Shown one piece after another: positions 23,200 through 37,039 of a stretch of 64,000 nucleotides of DNA. This DNA is from Chiloscyllium plagiosum (taxonomy: Eukaryota): assembly GCF_004010195.1 (NCBI RefSeq), contig NC_057718.1:47745556-47809555 (forward strand), written 5' to 3'. Each line of letters begins with the position of its first letter. Within the stretch, counting starts at the first letter, position 1. Under the pieces are notes generated by a model. That model did not search any database. It had not been told where the DNA came from and saw only the letters and a program-made list of their open reading frames with translations. Made by a program: the position numbers and the translations under genes.

Positions 23200-25800
23200 T
23201 GCAAGATGTTATCCTAGTTGTTACTACATGACTGGACTGTACTAAGTGCAATTACGAAATTAGCCACCACATCCACACTGGCAAGGCAGAACTCCAGGCT
23301 TTTCGCAATGCTCAACGCTAAACTGGATCTGTACAATTCATGCATTTGGAAAAAAAAACTGCCTGGAAAGCCTTCAACTTCATCAAGAATTTCAGTGCAC
23401 ATGTTCTTCAGCATTATCCTACATGCCACTTTGTTGATTTTCTCACCTCCAGTAGCAACATATACTTGCAAATGCACCCTAAGTCAGCTGAGACATAAGT
23501 TATCCTTTGAACTTTACTTTGCTGTTGTCAGCTTGTGTGTAGTGGATCACTGTTGACAGAATTAACCCTACAATGTCTTCTCAAATTTACTCGGTGCTAG
23601 TATCTGAGCTGGAAATGAGGTACAGCATGATGTTTGCATGCTGCATCCCTCAACAGAATCAGGAAGGGGCAAATTATGAATTGTTGTTCCTGCTGTCACA
23701 AAGCTAGTCCTTTCTTTTCTAAAAGCTGTTCCTTGGCTCAAGGAGACTCTGTCCTAGATTTTTTTCAGAGGGGCAATAAACCAGGCCGGGTTCCGATCAG
23801 TCTGGTTTGGTACAGAGATGAAAAGGATGTTGAGAGGCTTTTTATTTACATGTAAACAGATGAGACTTCAGGCCAAAGTGGTCATGTTTTAGAAGTGACC
23901 TGTTTAATGAAAAAGGAGTGGTCAGCTCTCTAGCTGAGCTGAGCAGTTTTTGTTCCGTCTGACCTGTGAGAAGTTCAACAGGGAGATGTGTGGAAACTTC
24001 CTCCTTTTTCTGCCGCAACTTCAACCTGTAAGCATGTGTTCCATTTATATTGGTTTTTAAAGGGATTTTGCTTATTGGGACTGTTGTGTATACCCGGAAC
24101 AGCATAATTAAGTCTGGTTGGATAGGTTGAGTTCTGTAGGAGTTCTTTATTCTGTTCTTTGTGTTTTATTATGTGATTTGTGAATTAAATTTTGTCTGTT
24201 TTAAAATCTAGTGGTCAATCTAGCTAACTTAATTGGTATAATTTTCACTGTACACTTACTGAAACAAATTGCAAAGTTATGGTCGGGGCTGCCTGGTTAA
24301 GAATGTTTTAAGTGGCCTGGCTTAGTCCATAACACTGCACCCAAAATTTTGACCCCTTTTTCAAGCAGAGTTACAATAGATTTTAAAGCTAGTGTCATAT
24401 GTGGAACAGATGACATTGCTGAATTTGGACTCTGCACATGAGGAACTGGGGGTGATCTGCAAAAATTCCAATGCTGAAGATTGAATAATGTCTGATGCAT
24501 CGATCAAACACCATTTATAATGCATGAAAAGCAGCAGCACAAAATAATACTGCTGGTTTGACTTTATTAGTGTACTTCAATAGAATTCATGCTGTTGCAA
24601 AAATCTAAGTGTGCAGAAGTGACACCTCAACTGTTCAAGCAGCCAGAAATTATTTTTGTCACTGAAGCACTGAGGATTGTTTAAGTACACACTGTAGGTA
24701 ACAAGCTTTCACTCAATAGATTTCACAGATAAACTAAGTTTTCACAGTCTATAGCTGTCATGTATAACTGAATTTCCAGTCATTCACCAAACGTATACTC
24801 ATTATACGAGAATGCAAACTATTTCAACACAAAATACCTGGAGAGCATGCCCAAAGATTTTTGATCTGTTTCATCTCAGGAATAAGCATTAGTGTTTCCA
24901 GAAGGTGTTGGGTAGACTAAATGTTTGGAAAGACTGTACAGTTGGTTAGAAAGGAAGAGAAATGGGAGGTGAATCAATGCTGATGCGCAAGTTGTTGGAA
25001 GGTGGCCAGCCCTTGTTCAATGTGTGATTGCTAAAGTGAATATCCATATGAGGTAGGTATGATGAGGCTGGGTCATTTTGTATTGCAGAATATTTTCCCT
25101 ACTGCATACCATGCCTGGCAGGAAGTGGAGATGAGATTGAGTGTACAAAGTAGAATTCAGCTTACCATGTCTGTGCCAACCATGATGCCATTCTAAAGTA
25201 ATCCCATCTGCCTGCAATGGTCCATAATCAATAGTATTTGGTAACATACATAGAAAATTATATCACATTTCAAGCGATCTGACAAAATAAAACCAACCAC
25301 TAGCATTGTATGTTGGTTAGATCACACATAATGCAAATTGTAACTTGACAATTTGATCAGTGTTTATTGTTGAACCATGTTCGTCTTGATGCAACCTTGT
25401 AGCTTTTCATTGCTTCCAATGTGCATCACTAAGTGAGCAAGGCACGCAGTCAACAGTGAAATTGCTATGTACGATAAAAGTTTTGTTGTTCAAATCTGTT
25501 ATGTCCTTACTTTCATCTTTTGCCAATATATCTACCAAGAAATTTAAGTTATTTAAAAGCAAGCTTACCTTAAAAGAATGAGTTAAAAAAGCTGTCAATT
25601 CTTTTCCCTAAAGTTAGAATGTTTTGAAATTTCTAACCAAGAACATCATGCGACTACTGTAATTATTCCAAAAATAAAAGCTGTTCTGAAGACTATTTAA
25701 GAGCTTCACCCATGGAACCTCCCTCCAGCTCTTCTAAATATTCTCACAAAAAAAAAGCAAATTTGATTCTCGTTCAGAAATTGAGTGGTGTTGTTTCAAA
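23200..25800 (-). pseudogene. Possible very old hAT (Charlie/SPIN-like) transposase remnant, interrupted by the solo LTR
   Basis: ILAKDESKDITD at ~25500-25535 resembles the hAT catalytic motif SLALDESTDI.D. Other motif matches further along the minus strand are weak. Confidence 0.35.
23694..24334 (+). mobile_element. Solo LTR (Gypsy-type, 641 bp)
   Basis: TGT...ACA termini with 4-bp TSD CTGC at 23690-23693 and 24335-24338. Strand is tentative. Confidence 0.7.
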
Positions 25801-26425
25801 TGATTTTGTATCAAACTTGTGCCTCAGGGACTTGTGAAATTGGTATATAAATTAGTGATAGAAAAGCACAGAATTGCAGACTTTATACAAATCATTACTG
25901 GATCTCTACTTTGAAATTGCTTTAACATCAGCATTAGCTACCGTTTGATGTGGTGCAACAGAAAGCCACATATTTAACCTTAAATTGTGGCCTCCGTAAA
26001 GCCATATTATTAACATAACATCTTCTCACTTTTGCCCTTTAATTACATTTGTTTCGTTCCTTCCTAATCTAAAATGATGGCACCTCTTATGTCCCACGTT
26101 CATAATGCATTTTTGAAATAGATGAAGTTAGATGCAGTTGGGTGTGATCAATATCATTGTATACAAATGCTGGCTTTTTTCTCATCTGCAATGTTTTAAA
26201 AATATGTGTGTTGAATTTCACTTGCTCAAATCCCACTACTTAAGATTTTACCTTTTTAAAATTACTGTAACAGTCTCCTGAGTCTCAATTGATTTAAATT
26301 TGACCAATTTGCATTGGGTTTAGGTTGAGTCATGCATTTTGAACTAGTAAGGATTCTGTTCTGAGTTTCTATTATGCTTTATTATTATTCTATCCTTTAC
26401 CTCCAAAATCACGCCCCTAATGTTT

Positions 26426-26758
26426 GATTAGATTAGATAAGATGCCCTACAGTGTGGAAACAGGCCTTTCGGCCCAACAAGTCCACACCGACCCTCCGAA
26501 GAGCAATCCACCCAGACCCATTCCCCTACATTTACCCCTGACTAATGCACCTAACACTATGGGCAATTTAGCATGGCCAATTCACCTGACCTGCACATCT
26601 TTGGACTGTGGGAGGAAACCAGAGCACCCGGAGGAAACCCATGCGGGCACGGGGAGAATATGCAAACTCCGCACAGACAGTTGTCCGAGGCGGGAATTGA
26701 TCCTGGGTCCCTGGCGCTGTGAGGCAGCAGTGCTACCCACTGAGCCACTGTGCCGTCC
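26426..26758 (-). mobile_element. HE1-like V-SINE, full length
   Basis: A/B boxes, V-domain and (AATCT)n tail. Confidence 0.9.
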
Positions 26759-27348
26759 ATATTCTTCAGCCAATTCCTTATTCATTTTCATATTTTACCT
26801 CATTATCTGAGTGTTTCAAACTATGACCAAATACTTTACATTTTAAGCTACCAGTGGTAGCAAAACGATGTTACAGCATCTTGTAAGTTTCATTTTCATC
26901 TGGTCGGATCTATTTGCTTACTTAATGGAACTCATTTACACTAATAATGACACATGGTTTATTATCATTGACACACAAGATAAATATATATACAACTTTA
27001 CAAAACCAGTCTTTCCTCTAGTATCCTGAGTAACCTTACAGTCCTCAAATATTTATGTCCACATACTAGTTTCAAATCTGCTTTGAGAGTGCAAGATGTT
27101 AAAAAAAAGTGTATACTGTGTCGAATACACCTGAGTGAAGTAGAGTTTAGGCTATTCTTCCTGCCCCTAAGGTTTCTGTTTATTGGTCTTGATGTTTTCT
27201 GGAGTACTGTATATGCGAGACCCCTCTGCCTTAAATGGTTTCTTTTAACTAGTTATCCAGGTCATTTCTGAGTACAGTAGTTTGATGTTACAATGTAATT
27301 AGCATAATTTAAATTGAGTTTCTATCTCAGGAAGAGTGTTTCAAAGGA

Positions 27349-27478
27349 CATGATATGGAGGGTGCCGGTATTGGACTGGGGTGGACAATGTCAGAAGTCA
27401 GATGACACCAGCTTATAGTCCAACAGTTTATTTGAAATCACAAGCTTTCGGAGTGCTGCTCCTTCATCAGGTGAAGTG
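27349..27478 (-). mobile_element. Penelope-like fragment (family A) with a hammerhead motif at 27439-27473
   Basis: CAC-CUGAUGA-A-GGAG(CAGCA)CUCC-GAAA-GCUU-GUG. Confidence 0.75.
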
Positions 27479-27904
27479 ATGAAAAACAGATGGGCATAGA
27501 ATTTATAGAAATTGAAAGAATTATATCCTGGTATGGCGTGACTGAGAAGGTTAGTAGCCTTACATCTGCTAAGGAGATGCTGGAAAGTGCTTGAGTACTG
27601 AGGGGAAGTGGGGAGGGGGGCATTTAATCAGAAGAATTAGGGACATGTGTTCTTAGTGTCAATGGATCAGTGTAAATAAGATGATAACATTTGTTCACTT
27701 GTGGAATGTGTGGCAGTACACATATTTCACAGTGGGATGTCAGTAACTAAATTTCTGGTTCATATCAAAAACTCTAAGCAAAACTCATACTCGATAGGAA
27801 AAGAACTTGTAATTTAGTAAACTGAGTGGAATATGCAGGTAATAGAACAATTCTGATACATTGTTCTGTATCAGAATTCTGAAGGGTTCAAGGGACACAG
27901 AGAG

Positions 27905-27965
27905 AGATTAACCTTTATGGTCTGACTTGAGTGGAAAGATTAACCTTTATGGTCTGATTTGAGTG
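27905..27965. repeat. Tandem duplication, period 32 bp, 2 copies
   Basis: AGATTAACCTTTATGGTCTGA(C/T)TTGAGTG at 27905-27933 and 27937-27965. Confidence 0.9.
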
Positions 27966-28804
27966 AACACTGGCTGGTCATGGATTGAATGTATATGTTG
28001 TTCCCTGGAGCTCGATATCTGGGAATGTTATGAATTTAAGTTGTATTTTGGGAATCTAAGATGATTTTAAAAGAAACAGCCATTTTGTAGGATAATGATA
28101 CTGGACACGTTAGCTGAGCAAGGTGACCCCATGACCTTTTCATGTAGTTCAGACTAGTCTCTCGTTATGATGTACTAGCCAAAGCAAATTGACCATTTGA
28201 CCTAGCTGGATCAAGGTTTCCCACTTTGATGTGCATGTTGTTTAATTAGTCAAATGTACACAGACCTGTCAGAGTTTCTCTTCCTCTGCAAACGTTTGCC
28301 ATTTTATTGCTGTTTATCTGATGAAGGAAATGTGGTGTTTTTGTCATTTTAATACCAAATTCTGAATAAAGACAGCTTGTTTGCAGACTACCACAGAGTA
28401 CGATCTCTGGGACGAACCAAGAGAGGCTACAGGTTGAGTCCATCAGGGAGTCTCTGAGCCATCTCAAATAGGTACTTTAACATGACTTCTGACCTTGTTT
28501 CAAAGGAGAGTATTGGATATCATAATTCCCCCTATTGATTGAGCCGAGCTATCTCAAAACAGTTCTACAGAGATTCAGATCTATTGTTCCACCCAGAATC
28601 TTGCAGCATTGTCTTATCAACAACCCATTCAATAGTCAATCAAGGTGAATGGCTTGCATATCTATCTGGCTTGATTTAATTTGACAGTGAATGCTGCAAT
28701 CTTCATGGTTTAATATCTCAGTTCCACTGTCTTATTAACTCCTGCTAATATAATCAATCGAGGTAAACGGTTTGCATACATAAATAAAAAAAGTTATTTG
28801 GAAA

Positions 28805-28950
28805 TAAAAGAAATCAGAAATTGCAGGCAAAGCTCAGCAAGTCGATCAACAGTTCTGAGGAAGGGTCACTGGATCCAAAACATTAACTCTGATTTCTCTC
28901 CACAGATGCTGCTAGACCTGTTGAACTTTTCAAGCAATTTCTGTTTTTGT
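28805..28950 (+). mobile_element. Older Penelope-like palindromic element (family D) with a decayed hammerhead at 28851-28888; relatives at ~8915-9110, ~10530-10625, ~21145-21240 and ~42725-42815
   Basis: AGUU-CUGAGGA-A-GGGUC(ACUG)GAUCC-aAAA-CaUU-AACU, with core G-to-A changes at presumed CpG sites. Inverted left arm. Confidence 0.65.
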
Positions 28951-29309
28951 TGCATACCAGTCTGTCTCGCCTGATCCAATTCTCAGCTTGCTGTTCAGTT
29001 GGCCAATGTTGCTTTTAGTGTCCCAAAAGAACTGTTCTTTTATTCAAAATGGTTATTCCACTATCTACAATCTTATAAAGCTCAGCCTCTTTATGATTAT
29101 TTGCATTTACAGCCTCTCAAATTAATATTCCACTAATGTGTATTTAAAATGTTGTCTGAGATCTTTGCAGGATCAACAGAAGCTATTTCAATCCGTACAC
29201 TCTCTGATTTGAACTTTCCATGCTTTTGCCTATCCCCACGTGACCTGAACAACCAAGGTGACTAAGTGTCAAACTTCTCATTTCCACTAAATTTAAGACC
29301 CACATTTAA

Positions 29310-29796
29310 GCGGCTGGAGCTTTACTTTTGCTCCAGCAGCAGCCTGGCCTGGCACTGGAGCCAGGGATGTCTAGTTGCAGTCAACCCAGAGCAGCGATTC
29401 CTGGTTATCAGCAAGGCGGCGACAGCAATGGAGCCAGGGTCTCCTGATTGTGGAGCAGGTGTGTGTTCAGCATAGAACTCAGCAATGGTGGTGAGGTGGG
29501 CTCAGCAGCAAAGAGATGGTCCCTAAAGAGTGGCAGTGCCCACAAAGGTGGGTCCAGTGCAGGTGGTGACGAGGCAGTAGAGGAGGAGTGGCAGCACAGG
29601 TGTCGTGTCACTGGTGAGCGAACTCAGGACTTATGGTGGAGGCAGAGGAACGGAGATAGATCCTCTTTCAGTCATATCTTTTTACTCTTTTTATTCTTAA
29701 ACTATTCAAAATGGCACCGGATTGTGGCGACATTTGAAGCTTTTCATTGTATTTTCCTGTATTATTCAGTGACAATAAATCATTCAATTCAAATTC
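29310..29796 (+). mobile_element. Unclassified non-autonomous retro-element with GC-rich body and LINE-like tail
   Basis: Ends GCTTTTCATTGTAT...GTGACAATAAATCATTCAATTCAAATTC, a poly(A)-like signal followed by short tandem tail repeats. Confidence 0.4.
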
Positions 29797-29924
29797 TTCA
29801 AGCAGCTCCTATACATTGCTTAAAAATGATTCCCCTTTCACAAAGCCATGTTGTCTCTGTTTGATTGTCTTGAATTTATCTCAGTATTCTGTTAAAACAT
29901 CTTTCAAAATAACTTATAATATTT

Positions 29925-32830
29925 TTCTGTGACAGCTATTTCGCTAACTGGCCTACAGTTGCCTGCTTTCTGTCTTCCTCCCTTTTTGAATTAAGAAGTT
30001 ATTTTCACCACTTTTCAATCAAATTGAACCTCCTGCAAACTTTGAAATTTGAAAAAAATTAAAACCAAGACATTTGTCACCTCCCCAGCCACTTCTTCCA
30101 AGACCCAGATGAAAACCATCAGAACCTGCGGACATGTCAGCTGTCAATTCAAACAATTTGTTAAGTGCTACTTCCCTGATGTATGTAATATTCTTGGGTT
30201 TTCCTCGCTCTATCTCCCTTACAATTCCTGATTGGCAACTATTTCTGGAACAGAACAGAACTTCGGGTCCAGAAATAGGGACACTACCACTGTGCTGTAA
30301 GAAGCATTATTATTTGTATCCACTAGAGTCATAGAGTCAGCATGGAAACAGGCTCTTTGGCTCAATATGTTCCTGCTGACCAGCTTTCCTGAACTGAACT
30401 GGTCCCATTTGCCTGCATTTGGCCCATATCCCTCTCAACCTTCCCTAACTGTGAGAAACAAAAGCTCACTCACGTCAATAATTTCAGTCCGAGACCAAAA
30501 ATCTGAAACAGTGTCGTTTATTTGTACACTTGCAAGTGGGTGCAATGTCTAATGCCAGGTAAGGCAATGACAAATGCACATCAAATCCAACAAACTCTCG
30601 AAATTTATACAGTTTGAATCCCCATATTTTTTTCTTATTTCATTGTTTGCCCCCATCCTCCGCTTACGTCATTCATTTCCTTAAGACTGATCCCACAACT
30701 TCTGTTTATCCGGCCTTGTCCGTGACAAATGCCTATCTCTAGCCCCCCATAAGGTTGTTTGACGTCATCCCATCCTTTGCTTACCATTATCTACTCCCTC
30801 CATCTGCGCTGCCCCTCACAGCATTTTATCACTAAGCCCTTTTAATTGGGGTTTGTTCCTGTGTCTCTGTACAAGTGGGAAACAGATGTTTTTCCTGTTT
30901 GACCATACATCTACCATTGTTCTATAATCATGTCTCATGCTAACATATCATTTTTTTAGCTGAATATATATATTTCCTCATTCTTGTTCTGTATCAGAAT
31001 TTATAGTTGCAGAAATAACATTAATTCATCTATATCCCACACTAACCATGTACCTGTCCAAATGACTTTTAAATGTTGTTGTCATTGTACCTGCCTGCCA
31101 CCACAGTGAAGACTGATACAAAATATCACTTCAATTTATCTACCATCTCTTCACCTTTCATTATTAGTTCCCCAGATTCTGCTTTTATAGGACCAAAGCT
31201 GACTTTTTTATTTTTAAAATTTTTAAAATTGCTGTCGAAACTCTGATGATCTGTCTTAATCTTTCACAAGCTTTCTCTCATATTCTAATTTTTGCCTCCT
31301 CATTAATCTTTTCAGCATTTTTTTTTATCTTCTGACCAACCTTCTGACCTGCTAATTGTCTTTATACAAGTGTATGCTTTTTCTTTAAAGTTATTACCAC
31401 CTTTAGCTAACCATTGATAGTGGGTCCTCTGCTTGGAATTTTTATTTCTTGTTGGAATTTATCTGTCTGTGCATTCTGACATTCTGACATCTGAAATATC
31501 TGCCATTGTGTCATTTAACCTAAATTGCCAGTTCACTTCCGCTAGCTCTGCTTTCATGTCTTCATAATTGCTCTTATTTAAGTTTAAACTATTAGTTTTA
31601 GACCCATTCTTCGACCAAGGGACATTTTCAGTATAAGGCCATTAATTATTCCTGTCCCTTGGTTAGTATCAAATCTAGTAAAGCCTGCTGTCTGGTTAGT
31701 ATCAGAATAAGGTGTTCTAGGAAACAACCTGAAAACATTCTATGAATTCTCATTTTGGCAACCCTTACACATCTGATTTTTGTAGCTATATGTAGATTAA
31801 AATCCCCCATGATAATTGTCATCTGCTTCTGATTTGGCCCATACCCCTCTAAACCTTTCCTAATCACGTACCTGTCCAAATTACTTTTAAATATTGTAAT
31901 TGTACCTAGCCTCTACCCCTACAGTGAAGACTGATACAAAATACCACTTCATTTCATCTGCCATCTCTTCACTTTCCATTGTTAGTTCCCCAGATTCTGT
32001 TTTAATAGGACCAAAGCTCCCATTCCTCCTTCCATCATACCTTTTCCTATTATGTGGTTACTCTAAGGTGGCCTATTGAGCACTCCTACATGAGACCAGT
32101 TGTCTTTATCATTCTACTTCTCCATCCGAACCATTTGCACATCTTGGTTTCCTGAACTTTGGTCATCCATCTCTATTGTGCTAATATCATCTTTGATTGA
32201 TCGAGCCAACTCTCCAGCTTTTCCAGCTTCCTGTCCCCAATGTTATGGACTCTGCAATGTACAAGTCCCAACCCACATCATCCTGCAGTCATATTGCTAA
32301 TGGCCATTAGTGCAAATTGACATAAATAAGTATTATCCATCATCTTTATCTGCTTTGTTTAAAATGCTATCTGCAGTCAGATACAGAGTCTTATTTTGAT
32401 CTTTTATTATTTTTGCAACTTCTTGTCTTAACTGCTGATTTACTGTTAGATTAGCACTTTCTGTCACTTCCTGCTCTGGACGATTTGTCATTTCCCACAT
32501 TAATATCTTCCTCTCTTGGCTTGTCTCTACTCTTTGATTTACCAAGTCTTTCTAAATTTGATTCCTTGCTGTCACTATTTGCTACATCCTTAGAATCCTT
32601 ATACCTGTCCTTGGATGGTTCAGTGTTGACTGTCCTAATGGTACAACTCCTACTTTTCCCAGTACAGGTATTGGTGCCAGGGCCTATACATTATAGTCCA
32701 TTTCTTCCACACCCCTCTTCAAGCCGCAAGTTTGGCTCTCTAATCTGATTTGCCCCATACCAATTTGCATGTGATTTAGGTAATATTTCAAAGATTATTA
32801 CTTTTGAGGTAATTTAGTACCTGATACCTT
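29925..32830 (-). mobile_element. Patchwork of old CR1-type LINE fragments (ORF2 endonuclease and ORF1 end)
   Basis: TIIMGDFNLHI...TRQQALLDLILT APE motifs at 31646-31830. Confidence 0.65.
30450..31041 (-). mobile_element. Solo LTR (592 bp, 5-bp TSD) inserted in a CR1 3' tail
   Basis: TGTGAGA...TCCCACA termini. TSD CTAAC at 30445-30449 and 31042-31046. Minus-strand TATAAA at 30609-30604 and AATAAA at 30522-30517. Confidence 0.8.
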
Positions 32831-33293
32831 GTACTAATTATGCATAATTTCTTTCCTTGTCTGACCTGTGTCATTATCTGTGTTAGCCTGCATATTCCAC
32901 TTGTCCTGTCCCCAGGAAGAATTTCCATCTGCCCAATAAATGGCTTGTCAGAGAGAGCTTCCTGGATTGTGTCATCTGCCAGATTTCAACAGTTGTTATT
33001 GTTTTTGTCTTCACTGACCTGGGGACCAAAAAGATATTGGCAACAAAATCTTGAGGGATGGAAAGTGGGGTCTTGATCAGGATTATGTCAAAACTCTGGA
33101 GGTGGGAGCCATTTTGTCACTTGCAGCCTGTTTTTATTTTTATTTTTATTTTGTTTTGTACTTCTTCCTCTTAGAAATTGGACTCAGGAGCTTAAAAAGC
33201 AGAGTGAGAAATTGAGGGCATTAGGAAAGAAGAACAGAGGCAAGTTTACATGTATACTCCTTTGTGACCATGTTCTACAGTGTCAATTATGAA

Positions 33294-33613
33294 GGGTGAC
33301 ACGGTGGCACAGTGGCTAGTACTGCTGCCTCGCAGCACCAGAGACCCAGGTTCAATTCCCGCCTCAGGCGACTGACTGTGTAGAGTTTGCACATTCTCCC
33401 CGTGTCTGCGTGGGTTTCCTCCGGGTGCTCCGGTTTCCTCCCACAGTCCAAAAAATGTGCAGGTTAGGTGAATTGGCCATGCTAAATTGCCCATAGGGTT
33501 AGGTGAAGGGGTAAATGTAGGGGAATGGGTCTGGGTGGGTTGCGCTTCAGCGGGTCGATGTGGACTTGTTGGGCCGAAGGGCCTGTTTCCACACTGTAAG
33601 TAATCTAATCTAA
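33294..33613 (+). mobile_element. HE1-like V-SINE, full length
   Basis: A/B boxes, V-domain, and tail TAATCTAATCTAA. Confidence 0.9.
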
Positions 33614-35154
33614 GTAATTGTGGCCCCCAGTACTGACATGAAAGCAGACCGAGCAAAAGTGATCTGGCAGTTTAGGTTAAATGACACAATGGCAGATATT
33701 TCAGGTGTCAGAATACCAGAATGCACAGGATTAAGGAATCACTAGGGTTTTGAAGCTTTGTTGATTTATTCCTTCTCAAATACCCACTACCTTTGTTTTG
33801 TTTCTCATTGCCATTTGTACACTTTTCTCTCCAAACAAAAGAATTTGGTTGGAGCTGGTATTCAAGGAATGTCTCCCAATCAATCATCAGTTAGCTGATG
33901 CAATTTATCTGTTGACATCACTCTGATAAACTGGAAGAAAAATTTGTTGTAAAGATTTGTGGTAGGGTTGGTAACATCTCTACTTTTCTTTCTTTGTTTT
34001 GTAAAATATGCAGAACTATGTCCAAATAGTGTATAGAATTCTGTGCACATAATCTTGGTGTCACTCCTGATTGCAACTGAGTGGTCTTGGTTGCCTTTCA
34101 TATTGGTGAAACAAGATGGCGTCTGTTTTCTATTCTGGACCAGTGGAGACAGAAGCTGTAGCAGGATACTCTTGGGGCTAAGCTGCTTTGACAAAAGGAT
34201 ATTAAAAGTTTTGAAGGGCCAGTTTTATTATAATACAGTTCAAACACTTGAGAACCTTGGCTCTCAGCACTAATGTAGGGTATCAAAGTGGGCTTACGGA
34301 TGGCATTCAAGGGTACTGAGGGAAATGAAATAATGGTTTTCATCACTGTAAAGTGTTTGAAGGATTGTGGGAAAAAAAAAATTGGGATCCTGCTGGAATT
34401 GATTAAACACTGACTGAATGGAGAGTTCTTTGGTATCTGGAACTGGTTGGGGAAAAAGAAGCCTATGAGGAAGGGCTGTCCAATTGATTTCTTCTACTTC
34501 AGAAAGAAAGTCTCTTATTGAGTTCTTTGTGAAATCTATTTGTTCTTCTGAGAAATTCCTGAAATCAATGTTGTGTGTTCTGCACAGCTTACTTGTGCCA
34601 AAACTCCAGATACAATTGCGCCTGAATAGTGATTTGATCACATATGCCAGAACATTAGAATGGCAGGCTTCAGAACATTGTAAGGTTTATCCTTTATCAT
34701 TTTGCCTTCAAGAATAACCATAATGGCCAGAATGTGTTTTTATCTTTATTTTAAAGTGATCTTCTACAGAGAGAGAAATTTGTTTTATTTTCTGGTCTTT
34801 TCCTGAAGAGTATGTGGTTTTGGTTATTCCAAAGAATAATCATTTATATTTCTATATTACCAACATTGACCTTGATTGAACAATTTTGTTGGGATTGTAA
34901 ACCAATCGTGTTTGTTAACAAAAAGCCTTTTACTCATGGAGTAATGGGACAAGAGAAACAAGACACTTCAAGCAGTCTCGTGATAACAGCTATTTATAGG
35001 GAGTCTGATCTTTCAGTGAAAACTGTCTTGGGGTTCCTTACAAAGATAGAATTCAGTGGTGCTTAAGAGAGAAAGCAAGGTTTCTTGGCAATCTTAAGTC
35101 ATAGATGTTTTCCTTTCAATTATTAATTGGAAAAAATATTTTTAATAAGCTATT

Positions 35155-35400
35155 AGAGTAATAGTCATAGAGATGTATAGCATGGAAACAGAACCTTCGG
35201 TCCAACTCGCCCATGCCAACCAGGTATTCCAACCTAATTTAGTCCTACTTGCCAGCACCCAGCCCATATCCCTCCAAACCCTTACTATTCATATATCCAT
35301 CCAGATGCCTTATAAATATTGCACTTGTACTTCCACTACTTCCTCTGAAAAAGTTGCCCCTTAGGTCTCTTTTATATCTTTCTCCTCTCACCCTAAATCT
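35155..35400 (-). mobile_element. CR1/HER1-type LINE 3' tail
   Basis: Homologous to 46290-46560. Confidence 0.85.
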
Positions 35401-36183
35401 TATTAAATTTGTTTTATTCCTGAGTCTGGATTCTCTGCTGCCACTTTCTTTCCCTCCAGTTTTATTTGTCTTCTTGCCATGATCCTATTCCTTTCTGTTC
35501 AGGGATATTTTCACCAATATTTCTCCACAAAATATTTTAGAAGATCACTGCAGGCCACAAATATTTTGATATTCTATGAGCAGGTAACTACAAAGTACCT
35601 CGAGGATAATGGAAAGAATGGAATCACCCCAAAGATGTGCCATTATTGTGTTGTCTATGCTACATGTTAGAATAAGGTCCATTCTACCTTGTTTGCAGAT
35701 GTTTTGGACATCTGAAAAAATATAAGGCACTGTGACGCATAAGGAATGATCCTGTTCTCTAGAGTCAACCAGATACTTCTAACAAGCCGGAATTCTGAAG
35801 CTACCTGAATAAATTGGAGTCATAGCAGTTGCAGGATAAGTCTACAGCATTTATAAAGTCGTAAAACATTCTAATGTTTCACAAATTGTGGCATAGTTCC
35901 TTCGGAACTTTGTGGACTTGTTACAAAATGCAACATTCAGTTCAATTAAAAAAAACAATTGATTTGTTCTCAAGTTGTGAGTAACTGGTAACATTTATTG
36001 TCCACTCCTAGTTATCCCTAAGAATGTGTTTGTGATAACCTTTTGCATTCTGTGGTAAAGATTGGTTGTAAATTCTTGAATTTGAAGCAGTGACAATGAA
36101 AACAGGAAGGTGTGCAATTCACATTCATTGCCATGCAGCTGTCAGTCTTATCTTTCCAGGATACCAATGTTGTGGGTTTGTGG

Positions 36184-36405
36184 TGAAATAACGTCAGAGG
36201 CAAGCAACCAATCACCAATCACCCTTTATTTACAAATGCATAGCCTTTGTCAATAGCACTAAGTCAGGCATTTGACCTTCCAATATCCCTGATATTCATC
36301 CTTTCATGTTAGCCAAATCTCCCTGATTTGACCAGTTTAACAGCCCCAATCAGGGAACTCATATTCTATGAGGTCCAGTTGGCTGACCTTGTTACAATCA
36401 CTACA
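36184..36405 (-). mobile_element. Short solo LTR (222 bp) inside a second-family LINE remnant
   Basis: TG...CA termini. 4-bp TSD GTGG at 36180-36183 and 36406-36409. Minus-strand AATAAA at ~36230-36225. Confidence 0.65.
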
Positions 36406-37039
36406 GTGGCATTCTGCTGATGAAGACTTAGTGAGTTGCAGCAGGGCATTTCATGGTATACACAACAACTATAATGTGCTGGTGAAGAAGGAAATGACAT
36501 TTGGGTGGTGGATAGTGTGCTTTGTGTTGGATGGTATCAAACTTCTTGACTGTTGTGGAACTTGCACCCATTCAGACAAATGGAGTTTATTCCATCATAT
36601 TTCTGACATGCCTTGTAAGTGGTGAACAGTATTTAGGGAATTAGGAGGTAAGCTATTTGCTCTATCCATGTATTTATTAATCACATTCTTAATCTGTCCT
36701 ACCACCTTCAATGACTTAAACACATTTACACTCAGTTCCTTCTGTTCCTGTAACTCCTTTGGTGTAGTTACTTCTACTTTGTACTGTCTGTTCATGTTTT
36801 TTCTACCAAAGTGTATTAGCTTGTACCTCCACTTTGAACTTCATCTGTCAACCTTCGATCCATTCTACTAACTTATCCATGTTCTTTTGAAGTTATCTAC
36901 TAACCTCATCATCATCTTCAATTCCTCCAAGTTTTATATAATCCATAAACTTTGAAATTGTGCCCTGCGCACTGAGATCTAGGTCACAGAAGCAATTACC
37001 TTACAGCAGCCCCTTGGAAACATCAGAGATTTCATGCCC

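Noticed and set aside
10694..33613. tRNA genes at the SINE heads
   Set aside because: The A/B boxes run straight into the V-domain and LINE-like tail, so these are SINEs rather than tRNAs.
33000..35070. LTR-retroelement internal region (gag/integrase-like hints; TGGCTCCC PBS-like motif on the minus strand near 33105-33112)
   Set aside because: The motif matches are weak and mutually inconsistent in order. A profile search is needed.
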